From: Somniosus microcephalus
Lineage: Eukaryota
Assembly (NCBI GenBank): GCA_052327205.1
Contig: CM126222.1
Span: 49,166,001 to 49,230,000, forward strand
Reading direction: 5' to 3'
DNA: 64,000 nucleotides
The position numbers and the translations under genes are program-made. Of the stretch, positions 47,780 to 60,299 are shown piece by piece. The notes under the pieces are model-generated. The model saw only the letters and a program-made list of their open reading frames with translations. It had not been told where the DNA came from and searched no databases. Position 1 is the stretch's first letter, and each line of letters begins with the position of its first letter.

Positions 47780-48480
47780 AGCATCTAAAATATTGATGCT
47801 GTGCAATATGCTTCATAATAGCAAAATTAAGGTCGGCATCAGCAAGCAGGAGAATGATGAGCAAAAGAAAGAGGAGCTTGAGAATGTAGCTTATGTGCAT
47901 GCGGTGTTACTGCCAGACACCAGCAGCATCCGCAGATCACTGCCACATTATTCCACATAGCTCCAACACTCTTGCTATTGAAATGCCATTGGGGCAATTG
48001 TGACCATCCTTTCTGCTTGCGCAATGAGGTGCTGATGCTCCCCTGCAGCTTATGGGAAAGGTATTGCCCCTCAGTGGAGCTGCTGATTGTTGGGTAATTC
48101 CCAGCAATTGATAACAACATTCCTGTGGGAGGGATGGCACTGATCTTGTTGTCTCCTGGTTGCTTGTAAGAGGTTAAAATCCTGCTATCTAAGAGTCGAG
48201 ACATGCCAGCTTGCTCATCCACAAGATCACCATGCAGTGTCTCATACATGGTGATTATAGAGAGAGTGCGTACTTAAGGTACAGTCCATGTGATGTGAAA
48301 ATAAGGCATGTATTCCTTATTTTGGGTGTTCCTCTAGCTCTACCTCTAATTGCTTCCCAGGCAGAGGGTGTATCTGCAGACACTGATGCATTTGCTATTG
48401 TCTGGGGGCTGCTGAATGAAGAAAGCCTAAGTGCTGGGGTTTCACGTGGTAACAGGCACCACCAGTTACTTTTGAACGGT
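47780..48480 (-). pseudogene. Possible fossil Harbinger (HARBI1-like) transposase
   Basis: Minus-strand frames give HN...IARVLELCGIMWQ followed by LLIILLLADADLNFAI, spaced like the YN..H...R..IE..FG.LK and II..CC.LHN.A motifs of DDE_Tnp_4. Very decayed. Confidence 0.3.
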
Positions 48481-50827
48481 AAGCGGCCTTGGCCTGCAAC
48501 AAGCTGAATGATGGCAAGATCACATATTATGGTACAAAGATTACACTGTTTAAGGATGTGTGCTGCTTGGATTAACTATCCTGCAAACCTTTTTCCACTT
48601 ACAATTGTGCACGAGTGGCAAATAAATGGAGCGATTACATGGCCTTCACCAATTTTAACTTTATAATATCTTTCTATACTTGCAGTAAGTGTTCAGCTAT
48701 TTTATGCTGCAGGTTCCCATAGGTTATTGGCTGATCCATTCATAAATGTTGAACCCATCTCTTTTTGTGTTATGTTTTTGAGATGAGAGCTACCTTAACA
48801 CAAACCATATTTGTCAGCTGTGGCTATAGCAACGAAACACCTCTAACCTTATTGGCTGAACACAATATGATGTACAGTGCAGAGTAGTTTCTATTTGCCT
48901 TGGCTTTCCTGATGTCACTGAATTTGTTCGACACTTCTTTGGTGGTTCTCTTGGTTTCAGACAGTGCATTAACTCACTGTGTCATATCCTCCCATGCATG
49001 AGATGAATGGGTCTTAGTTGTATAACTCGCTGACCCAAATATTTCCTGTTGAGAGCCAGCACTTCATCTATAAGCAACAATACCACACAGTCAGTGAAAT
49101 GTGCTTTTCTTGTATGGATAGCAGCCATGATGTCTCCTGTAACTCTGCTCTTACAGTTAGTTCAGTGGCCACAGCCGGTTTTATCACAATTATTAGCGCT
49201 GTTAAAGCACTTAGTAAATGCTTAGCCGTCCCTCATGCTCATTGGTGGTTTTCTTAACTGCTGACCTGAGGCACAGGGAGTTCAATTATTGCCCAGTGGA
49301 GAGCTCAAGCCGCGTTCAATGATTTGCCTTATTAGCGGGATTACTGGCAACAACGCCAGAGGTGGAGCAATTAGCTCCCAGTGTCCAAAGGCCAATCGAG
49401 CAAAACAGCTGATCTGTCTCGTGAGTGTCTAAAAAAGCGTACGTAGCAGAAAAGTTGAGAGCAGTAGTGACCCTCACTGCCACTTGCAGTACACGGCAGA
49501 AGGTTCACTGTCTCTGCGGGTCTTTATGGGTCAGCTTGCATATCCTCCCTGGGACGAGTAAAGTTTCTGGTGCACCGCTGCACCACCATGCTTAGCTTGC
49601 TGACTGTGTTGCAGGAGAGAGCTGCGGCTCAGGCGACTACCTACTGCGAGCCTTGCAACTCTATTGCTCTCTCACACCGCACTCTTCTCTTTTGCCATAC
49701 TGCAATATACCCATCAATGGCTGCTACATCCATACTCTTAGGCTGAAATTTCCTCTGCAATATTCACTTCTGTGGTGAAACTTCATTTTCTCTCCATTGA
49801 ATTGACTAACATCAGGTCTGATCTGGAATAAAATAATAACTATTGGATTGGATTGTGCGGCTAAGGAATGCTGCAAAAGCTGGTGGTTAATTCCCTTGAT
49901 ATGCAATACATTGGGGGGACGAAAATCCAACTGGGGGTGGGAGGGGCACATCCTGGTGTAAGTGTTGAGATGCAACGGCCCAGGACCTCTGCTGCTGATC
50001 CCGTCAAAGTCCGCAGGGTCGGGGAGGGCCCTTGCTTTTAGTGGTACTGGTGGGCCACTAGGGCCGTACCTTGGAGGCCTGCCATGGTAGAGAGGCCGGA
50101 AATCCAGCGCAGAAAGAAGATAATAGTGTGCTCAGCATCCTGTAGTCAAATAAATTAAAATAAGAACATAAGAATAATATTGTAATATTTTTTCTTTGAG
50201 GGTCCAGGCCAGTATTGTGGCCTGGTGGGGTTCACTTCTGCCCTTTAGTTGGCTGGTATAACCTGGTTTGATCAGCAGCTATCAATAATGTTACACCAGG
50301 TCCCTCTGAGGGGGAACAGAGGCATGAACTCCTGACATAGGGAGTTCCCAGTCTGGCCTCCTCCTGCATTGATGGACTTGCTTAGGGCAGGCAGAGGCTC
50401 CACCTCCAGCAGCGCTATCCAGGAAACCTCTGTGGAAGGCTGGAACCTAGCAGAACCAGGGCCTGGTCTAATTTGCAGCCCTATTGCTCCATTCACACTA
50501 GAGTAATGGTGGGAGCCTACCAAAAGGGCCATGGTATTTTGACCCCCAGCATTTTTGGCCCCCAATGTTTGTGGGAATCCTCAGCGCAGCACTACACACA
50601 GGCAAACAGTCTGTTGGTCCTTCATGCCAACATTTTATTCACGTCTACTCTTTCACTAAAATGATCAAAGAGGAAAAATATGCTCCATGGGTATTATTTT
50701 GAAGCAAATATTTCCTATGGATTTCTATCATTATCTATTCTTATCATTTTCTTTCAGCTTTGCTGTCCATAACCTGTTCTCACTATTACAAATCTTATTT
50801 ACAGCATTTTGGCTGGTGCATACTCGA

Positions 50828-51521
50828 GGCTCCAAAATTCCTCAGGGGTTCCTCCAGTCTCCAGCCGTAAATCCGGCAGGAGAATGGCAGAGCCATCAGG
50901 TTAACAGCGGGGACCTGGTTTATGCTGGGTTTCTGTTGTTTCCTCAAGTCTCCTCAGTGCCCTTTTCCAAACCAAATGATGGCCAGGTGCCAAGACTCTC
51001 TATGCCAGGAAATCCTGCTTCTCAGGCTCATTCACAACCTGGTGATTCCGTATGCCCAGTGAGGCAGGGTGGGGGGAGGGGGGGTTACAGGTGAGGCATC
51101 CCGGACTCTACGTGGGGGGATGTGAGCCCCACCAGGCCAAACAAAGTGGCCTGGATCCCCAAATACAATATTTCCTACAATACAACAGTGACTTCACTTC
51201 AAAAGTACTTCATTGGCTGTAAAGCGCTTTGGGATGTCCTGAGGTTGTGAAAGGCTCTAGTCTTTCTTTCTTTCTAAGAGGATTGTTTTTCAAATCTTTT
51301 TTGCAGTTTGACCCCCCTCATTCCACCCCCCCCCCCCTTACTAGAGAGGCTGAGGGGAGGATGAGCAAAGCTGGGGGGTTGGTGGGGCTGGGCAAGGGTA
51401 GGTGAGTGCCAATGTTTTCAGATGCATGAGGTAAGCAGGTGCCAAATATGTGCCCACCTGCTCCATGCTAATTAGGTGCCCTCTCAGTGACCCTACAAAC
51501 TCCACCGGGAATTTCGGAGCC
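50828..51521. mobile_element. Harbinger-type MITE with a SINE tail inserted at ~51170-51270
   Basis: 14-bp TIR GGCTCCAAAATTCC / GGAATTTCGGAGCC (one mismatch); no matching TSD. Confidence 0.6.
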
Positions 51522-51959
51522 AAAACCTTTGGATGGTTCAAAACTCTCCTGCTGATGTGTATATATAGCGGATTTTTTTTAATTTTTAAGTATTAGCGAT
51601 TCTACTACAAGATACTTTAGGCAAACATCTCTTAATGCTATATTCCTAATAAATATATAAATTCAGATAAATCAGTTCTGCATTTACTGAGTGCAGCGTA
51701 GCACACAACATGCACTTCAAAAAATATTAAATAAGGCATAACAACTTCTCAAATATCTGGAACAGCTCAAGATTGTGTGGGTCTAAAACTGAAAAGCCAA
51801 GCTTTCATTTCTTAAAGTTCAGATTGTCCCACAAATATGTAACCTGACTTGCATTATTAAATACTTTATTAATTACTTTATTAATTCTCACACAAACAGC
51901 TGGTTTACATTAGTACTCTAATTCCTCTTGGTTGAGAAATTCTCCTCGTTCATTGTACA

Positions 51960-52212
51960 ATAACCCCCTAAACACACACACACAACATCGCATTATTAGA
52001 AAGCAGGGATCCTCCCCCTCTCTTATTCTCCTTAAATGGTACAGGATATAAGCATTCGCTGCATTGATCATTCAGCTCAAGAACAGAGTACACAGCAGCA
52101 CTTTATTAATGCAGTTTAAGTAGTTGAGTGGGAGAGAGAGAGAGCGAGATCGAGCGCGAGTGAGCTCCAGAGATATACATACACACACAATACACACACA
52201 CTGTCCTGATAC
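51960..52212 (+). promoter_or_regulatory. Putative alternative promoter / 5' UTR of the rbfox3-like exon
   Basis: Free of recognisable transposons; TATA-like gatataag near 52045; (CA)n and (GA)n tracts and a small CpG cluster directly 5' of the ATG. Confidence 0.4.
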
Positions 52213-52314
52213 ATGCTCTGCTCAATGGCAAACTCCGGCTGCATCCTGCTGTCCAACTCAGCTATGCTCCCTCATACCATCCCCTGCACTCCGGCCTTTC
52301 TCTTTCTCCAGGAG
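52213..52314 (+). CDS. rbfox3: Alternative first coding exon of RNA-binding Fox-1 homolog 3 (NeuN), partial CDS
   Basis: ATG-initiated 34 codons MLCSMANSGCILLSNSAMLPHTIPCTPAFLFLQE ending at a consensus donor GAG|GTAAGT in phase 0. Matches my recollection of long RBFOX3 isoform N-termini (MLCSMANSGCLLLSNS..MLPHS.PCPPAFLYLQQ). No downstream exon recognised in the window. Confidence 0.72.
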
Positions 52315-55300
52315 GTAAGTGCCTTATTGAAATGGGCTCCTTTGTCTTGCCCTTGCTTTATGAGGTCAAGTCTTTTGTTGCATTGAAAGCACTGTCTATG
52401 TAGGGGAAGGTGCTGTGTTCAGTACTCCGTGCTGTATAGACAGAACGAGAGAGCAAGAGAGAGAGATTTACATCGCCTGTATTAACAACCCTTCACCACA
52501 GAGGACTGCTTGCATCCTGTTTGTGGTTGAACTAGGCTGCTTTTGTTTTGTGCTATTATCATGAACTAGATTTTTAAAACAGAAAATACAAGCAGGTCTC
52601 GGTGTTGTGAATGGGGTCTGTGTCTGAGCTCAACTGTTTATCTCAGCTGTGCTGTCAAATACCTGGGCTTTTCCTTGAGGGATCCTCTGGTGTAGTGCGA
52701 GTTCCTTCCTTGTTCTGCAGTTCCCATTGCATTTCATAGCATTACAGTGACAGCACCAGGGAAATGATAGGTGATGGTAGATATTTTAAGGTCATAAATT
52801 TCCCATTTATCAGACTAATTTATAGTCTGGGATGGAAAGGCTGCAGCAGTTTGTGTCTTCATGTATCTTCTTCCATCTGCTCAGCTAGTTTAATTCTTCT
52901 ATAAATTAAGTGCTTCAAGACAGGACTCACATCCATCTTTCTCTCTCCTCAGTGCCATACCAAGCCATCTTTCCATCATTACTTAACCCTTTGTACTCCA
53001 ACAGTGCTGTTTTCTAAATATGTGGCAACCTCAGCATGACACTGGTGTTTTTTTTATGTTTAGTCAACAAAAATGAAATTCTGTGAATTACTATTGCTAA
53101 CTATCGGGAAAGACGGCTCATTATAAAAGATTTTTTTGCAGTCTTTACAAACACTTCAAAAACTGCTAGTTCCAATAAAAATGTTGTATTAATTGATTAG
53201 CTCAATGAGATCGGTAGTAGTTGTTTCATGGTTATTGCATTAGTGATGGTGATATTTGCATTTCTGTGGAGAATGCTTTCACTGTTTTTGTGCATGTTTT
53301 TCCCCCTCTTTTTATTTTCAGGTTATTTTTTTTTAATGTGATAAAAAGCTTTTCAATTTTATGCACAATAATTCAGAACTAAGTAGTTAAATTTATAAAC
53401 TACAGGCTAAAGTGCTAGTAACGTAATGGGGGAAAAAATCCCGATGGTAAGTCAATACGTTTGCGGTGATTGGTGCTCGTGGGATAGTTATGTTCAGTAA
53501 AGCAGGAGAATAACTAGGGATGGTATTGTATAAAGAGGCATGGTATTTAATACGGTATGTGGCATTCTTGTTATAGGGCTCTCCATTTTAACATCATTTT
53601 TCTGTTATAAGGCTACCGAACCTTGGCTCCCAATATTATTCATGTTCCATTTACTGCCGTTATGGAACATTCATTGTAGCACACACCTCATTATAACACA
53701 CAAGATCCTTGGCTCACTGCGACATGTTGTAATGAGGATAGAATGAATGTAAAATTTATGTCAAAGGTTGCAGAAAATATGAAGAATAAAGATAATGTGC
53801 CAAAACGATAAAGCGTGAGAGGGGGGGGAAATAAAATGATACAAAAGTTCAGGTGGCACTTTCTGAACAAAAGTGAGGCAGGCAGGAGCTTCCCGATACA
53901 AAGCTATCAATTTATTTCAAAGTAAAGATAGCTCTGAGGCTGCTTGGAACATCTCGCCCTTTAATACCTTTATTTGCCCAAACCCTGTATTGAAGTGCCT
54001 TCAGGATGTCACTCCCCACAGTTCGCACAGCTGTTACCTGATTGCCGTGCAGTCAGTGACATTCTGTTACATGGCATGTCATTCTGGTACACAGCGATGA
54101 GAAGGAAATGAGGTCCATCGACTTTTAAGAAATTTATCAAGTAGTTAACAAATGAACAACAGATTCCTGGACATAGTTACAATGAAGCCTAATATTTGTT
54201 TTAAAAAAAAAAGGGCAGGCAGGCTTCTCTATTTATAATAGGACGGAGCCCCCTCTTGCCACTCCCCAGTTGTTGCATAACATGTGCGGAGCTGTTGTGA
54301 GAATCTGGGACCGTAAGAGACTGATTCTAAATGTACCACTTTGTACTTTCAGGTACTGTTTCCCGGTCCCCCCCCCCCCCAACAGAAGCAAGTATAGACG
54401 TAAAAATTTAGTCAATTTTTTTAAAGAATGCCGGTATTTACTAGTACTTAAGTAGAGTATACATAGAGGAGGTCCAGAGCCTGTTTGTTTGGTCATTTAC
54501 TGGATGTTTCCCTGACACTTCTACACCAGTGATACCATGAAAGATGTCCTGTCAACCACTGAGTAACATGCACTGAATAGGATAGCATGCATCAGTACTC
54601 AGTGGCCCAGTATTACCCTATAGCAATGGAACATGTTTGACAGCATCACTTAATAATGCTCCATTCTGTTCTGCCTCCATCGAACTGAACAGGCACTTTT
54701 ATTTTTTGTTAATTAAAATAAGTGCCCATAAAAATTTCAGCAAAACCGAAATAAATTGTCAAAAGTGTCTTTCCAAAAAAAAAATTTTGAGAGCAGTTTC
54801 AGGGTGGAAGAAGGTGACTGACTGTATGTTCATTGACGGGGCATGGAAGCTGTCATGCTCATGACCTGACCTAACTGGACCACCCAGAACTTCCGCTCTC
54901 ATGGGTTATGGAGTGAGGTCACTTGTGGAATCGTTTGCATATCTCATGGTCGATCGATGGAGCACCCTGTAGCTATGTTACTGGAAAATGCTGCAGTTAG
55001 TAAAATAAAAATTGCTTTCCATCGCACTTTTCCAGCATGCAAGATTTTTGTAAAATGTAGATGATGAAGTAAAGCCTGGGGCAGAACCTTGGTTACTATA
55101 GCTACTCACAAAAAATAATCCTTTGAGCTCCTTTATTAGTTTATTCAGAAAATACCGCTAATCATTAAATATTCTGTGTTTCCACATGCTTCTGCAATTC
55201 TCAATAGTACTGAGCACTCGGAATACACAGAAAATCCTGGGGAGCAAATATAGATGAAGAAATATGTGGACTGTGTTTTAAAACCTTCCAATGAACGTTA

Positions 55301-56434
55301 GTATTCAAGACATTAAAATGTGGCTTCACCAAAAACATCCAGAACCAAAAGGGACAGGATGGGGGTGGGTGGGGGTGAAAGCAAAATGTGCACATGCCAT
55401 TACTTTCACCAGAATTTCCACACAGATAACAAGGTTGTGGTAAACCACTGAGTAATTGATAGCGCATCAAAGGTAAAACCCAACTCTTAAGTTTGTTTGC
55501 TACCTGGAAGTGCTGGTTACTGTAAGTGCTCAGGGATTTGGTTGTGATGATACAGTGTTTTGAGCATGGACATCCCGAGGTCACTGCAAGAATTTTGATA
55601 TTTTCAAACTAATCTTTGTTTTCAGATCATACGGCTTCTTACAGCTGCACTTTCAGCTAAACATCAATCTCCTTATCAATTTCATATCAATTTCCAAAAC
55701 TTGAAACCAATCTACCACCAATGAATCCATGTGCACTCTGGTTTATTCACGAGGGCCTTGGCAAGCAATGAGTTATTGCAGCAAAACGTAATTAACTTCT
55801 ACCAAGAGAAAAAAATTAGGATGAAAGAAATGTGGAAATTTAAGTTGGAGTGATGCACTTTGATTTGATTTGGTTTCCTCTTTGATTTCAATAGATGCCT
55901 TTAAGAGGTCTAGAGGAAAAAAATAATACTGTACCCAACCCTCTCAAAGCTCTGCAGGAGCATTTCTGCACCAGCTCTACAGTTGGAAGATTAAAATTGC
56001 CTCCTGCACCGTGCTGAAAAAGGAGCTCTATTCTTTGTTGTGTGTGTGTGTTGCAATGCAGCATTGCACATTAAGCTTTCCACAATCTCATATTTCATGA
56101 GCTGCGAAAAGTCGATCAGTCCTGCTGGACTTCTCCAATGTTATTTGTAAAGTTTCATGACTGGTTGCATCACTCCCCCAGATATAAGTCACACAGTCCC
56201 TTTGTCCAAACTCCGCTATTGATGGTGGGCATGTCACATGCTGAATTTACAAAGCGATCATAATTTATGGAAAAACCGACTTTGAATAAATATGGCTGAA
56301 TAAAATGCCACGTAAATGCTTTGATAGCTAGGAGTTACTGGAAATGCTGAACCGCAAAAATAATTTTTATAAGTAGTAAGAGGATATATACCTTATATTA
56401 ACCCTTTGTAGACCATAGTCAAATTGCTGTACTG

Positions 56435-56875
56435 ATAGCCCGCTTGTTTGGCACCCCATCCACCACCTTAAACTTTCACTCCCTCCACCACCGGCGTACC
56501 GTGGCTGCAGTGTGTTCCATCTACAAGATGCACTGTAGCAACTCGCCAAGGCTCCTTCGGCAGCATCTCCCAAACCCGCGACCTCTTCCACCGAGAAGGA
56601 CAAGGGCAGCAGGCGCATGGGAACACCATCACCTGCAAATTCCCCTCCGAGTCACACACCATCCTGACCTGGAAATATATCGCCGTTCCTTCATCGTCGC
56701 TGGGTCAAAATCCTGGAACTCCCTCCCTAACAGCACCGTGGGAGAACCTTCACCGCACGGATTGCAGCGGGTCAAGAAGGCAGCTCACCACCATCTTCTC
56801 AAGGGCAATTAGGGATAGGCAATAAATGCTGGGCTTGCCAGCGACGCCCTGATCCCATGAACGAACAAAAAAAAA
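56435..56875 (+). mobile_element. 3' fragment of the second CR1/L2-group LINE family
   Basis: ORF 56444-56812 (HSLHHRRTVAAVC...SWNSLP), AATAAA and A-tail at ~56866-56875; same family as 15053-15612. Confidence 0.88.
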
Positions 56876-58840
56876 TATTGGACTACAGTGGCACTACCAT
56901 ACTAATAGCTTATTCAACGAACAGTGTCCTTTTATATATATTTCTCCAATTCTACAACTTAGACTTGTACAGGGTTTCAATTTTGCACATTATTGTAGAA
57001 AATGGGAGCATTGTTTGAAGTTGGTATTCATACTGGAAAGGTTTGATGCAATTCTTTTGGAAATAATTTTGTGACTCTCTTGTGAATGGCATGATGAATG
57101 ATTCAGACTAGTAACAGTTAAAGTTGGCCTCAGTTGTGCAGCTCACACAGTAGAAGTATGTGTGTTTATCTGGAAGTGACACCTATTTAAATATGTATGG
57201 TGTAGAGATAGAAGGGTGGGATGAGGAATGATTACAGAAGAACTGAAACACTCTGTGTATGAACACAAACTGTGTTAGTCTTCAACTATGTGAGGTAAAA
57301 TAGGTTAAAAAACATTCTAATGCAGCAAGTTTTATATGTCAATCAGTCTCCATTAACATCCTGAAATCAAGGACTTAAAAAAAATAAAGTGCAGACTGAA
57401 AACCACAACATAATTTGATTCAGATCTGGCAGAATCTGATGTCCTGACTGGCAGCCATATGCAGTGTCTAGCAGCACTATCTGTTAAGGCTGCACGTGGT
57501 TGCAGGCCAAGAAATTTAAACCCATCCAAATTTCACCATTTCAATTTTTGTTTGATTTCTTTTAAAATAGAAGATTGCTCTATTAAAGCCAGCAGAATCC
57601 AATCCATCATAAACTTCCTTTTTGTTACGCAATCGGCTTTGACTTGCCATTTTCATCCATTACCAGAGAAAATTGGCAAAAGCCACTTGGCATCTCTCAA
57701 AAGCTGACTGCTTTGAAACGGTCCTGATTATAGGCCTATGACGTGTGAAAACATGAGCTTTGTAACTTTAGCTCTGGGTATACCCAACATTCATTCACTT
57801 GTACTGGAAGGAAAAAAGTCATTCCTGGAAAGGGCAATCCAAATGTTGAAGGCACAAAATTGGTGGTGCATTTCCAGGAGGCATCTAGGGGCATGCTCCC
57901 CCCAGGAAACTTTATATTAAAAATTATGCATTCTAATTCATCTTAAACACTTTTGTGCTTCATAATTGATAGATTTTTAATCTTAAATAAAGGATAATCA
58001 ACGTGACATTTGAATTTTCCACAGACTAACCAGACCATTTCTTCCCCAAAAGTTAGATCAACAGTTGCTCTCCCGCATCCAACACCTCCCATCCCAGTTC
58101 ACAGAGACACTCTGTCCCTCTGGACCCAGTTCACAGAGACTGTACCCCATTCAACTCAGCATCCTTTCGCAGAGGTACTCTCTTCTCCTTCAACCCTCCC
58201 AGTTCACATTGACACTTTTCCCAGACTCCTTCACTACCCCTCCTCCCTCCGCCGTCCCCATCTCAATTCTCATTTCAACTTGGTTCTCCTCTTCATCCCA
58301 CCCCAGTTTAAGCTGGCACGCTTTCCTTCCCCCTCAGGTTTTTGTTAGCCGTCTTGTCCCCACCCCTCCTCCCCCAGTTCCAGCTCGTATTCTTCTCCCC
58401 CACCCCAACCCATTCATTCGGGCATCAATTCCCCCCCCCCCCAGTAAATGCTGCTGTCTTCCTAGATCACCCCCACTTCTAGCTAGCTCTCTTTCCCTCA
58501 GTTTATACTGACAATCTTAGCCCTTCCCCCAGTTCATGCTCTCTTCCTTCGCCCCCCCCCCCACCCCCAGTTTCCCAGTTCAAGTTGGCACTCTTCCCCC
58601 CCCCACTTCAGTTTTGCTGACAGTCTTAAACCACCTCACCAGTTCCAACTGTCTTTTATCTCACCACCCCATTCTTTATGACACTCTTCTTCCCCCTTAA
58701 TTTATGCTGGCAGTTTTATTCCTCCAGCTGGCTTTCTCACCCCAATTCCATTCATCATGACACTCGTCCCCCAAGTTCACGCTGATGCACTTACTTTATG
58801 CTGGCAGTCTTGAACTCGCTTTCTCGCCCCTCTTCTCCTC

Positions 58841-59147
58841 CAGTTAATGTTGACACTCTCCCTCCTCACTCCATGTCAGTTAATGTTGACACTCTCCCTC
58901 CTCACTCCATGTCAGTTAATGTTGACACTCTCCCTCCTCACTCCATGTCAGTTAATGTTGACACTCTCCCTCCTCACTCCATGTCAGTTAATGTTGACAC
59001 TCTCCCTCCTCACTCCATGTCAGTTAATGTTGACACTCTCCCTCCTCACTCCATGTCAGTTAATGTTGACACTCTCCCTCCTCACTCCATGTCAGTTAAT
59101 GTTGACACTCTCCCTCCTCACTCCATGTCAGTTAATGTTGATACTCT
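58841..59147. repeat. Perfect 36-bp minisatellite, 8 full units plus a partial
   Basis: Unit cagttaatgttgacactctccctcctcactccatgt repeated identically over 58841-59128. Confidence 0.97.
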
Positions 59148-60299
59148 TATTTCTCCCTCACCTGAAGTGGTACTCCCAGCTGACTACTAGCTTCTCCTCG
59201 CTCCACCCTCAAATCACTAATCCCAGCCCCTTGCCCTTTCCTTCATTGCCCTGAGTGCTCCACTTCCCTTTCCCATTCATTGCCATCAAGTCTTCTCTTC
59301 CCTTTCCCCTTCATTGACAACCATTTCCCCCTTTCCTTTTCTCTTCATTATCATCCATTCCCTTTTGTCCTTCCCCATCATTGCCATCCATATCCTTCCT
59401 TTCCTTTCTTCTTAATTTACTTCTTCCCCCTTCACTGCAATTAATTCCTCCTTCCATTGGCATTTATTTCTCCCTTCCCCCTCTTATTTGCACCAATTTA
59501 ACCCTTTTCCCCTTTATTTGCATCCATTTCCTCCTCCCGTTTCTCCTCAGTGCCTTTCCTAGCAGCGTTGCCACTAATGTAAAGGACTCTAGCCCTTGTA
59601 CACTATAGACAGGAACTCCTGTTCAAATAACAGTATCAAGCCCACACTGATTTTTTGTAAATCAGCAAACTGATACCTGGGCTGATCCCCAAAACGTTGA
59701 CTGTCAGCATGAAACGCAAGCCATTGACCTGTATGCATTTTTGTGGTTGAAGTTTAAAGGGACAGCATCATTTGGTCAAACTGGCCTGAGTTAACACATC
59801 AAAGCTCAATCACTCAACTTTGCCATATAGTTAACTTGAAGTCCAGACCCGCAGACATTTTTGACTTTCTGTCCCTTTTATTGAATGTTTCAAATAACTG
59901 ATTTTGAAATGCAGTGATTTCTGCAAACCTAACTGACAGACTATTTCAATGCTGCTAAATACGGTGGTGTTTAGGTTTGCTATGACCTGAATAATCCCAT
60001 ACAGTCAGTTCTTCTCACAGAAAAGCACACATGGCTGCTTTCAGGCATTGGTCATGCGGAAAGTAATTGTTCCATTGCTTCACAAATGATTTGCAACAGC
60101 AGAGCATGTATCAATACAGTAACCCCTCTCTATAATACTCCCTTCAGGAGCAATCTGAAAACTATGCTACAGTGAAGGGCATATTGTACTGTGCACTTCC
60201 TTCATTAATCAGGAGGCCAGAAACAATGCACGTTATAAAGGTTGCTAAGCTGCATTACCAGGCTTTATAATGATTACTGCATTATTAAAAGAAAGGATT

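Noticed and set aside
49260-49340. QWRAQAAFNDL resembling the Myb/SANT QCRKKFNDL motif
   Set aside because: Four-residue match followed by a stop; indistinguishable from chance.
58798-59254. Repetitive ORFs (VNVDTLPPHSMS)n and (MLTLSLLTPCQL)n, or a CRISPR-like array
   Set aside because: By-product of a 36-bp unit without stops; units are identical and contiguous with no spacers, and the context is eukaryotic.
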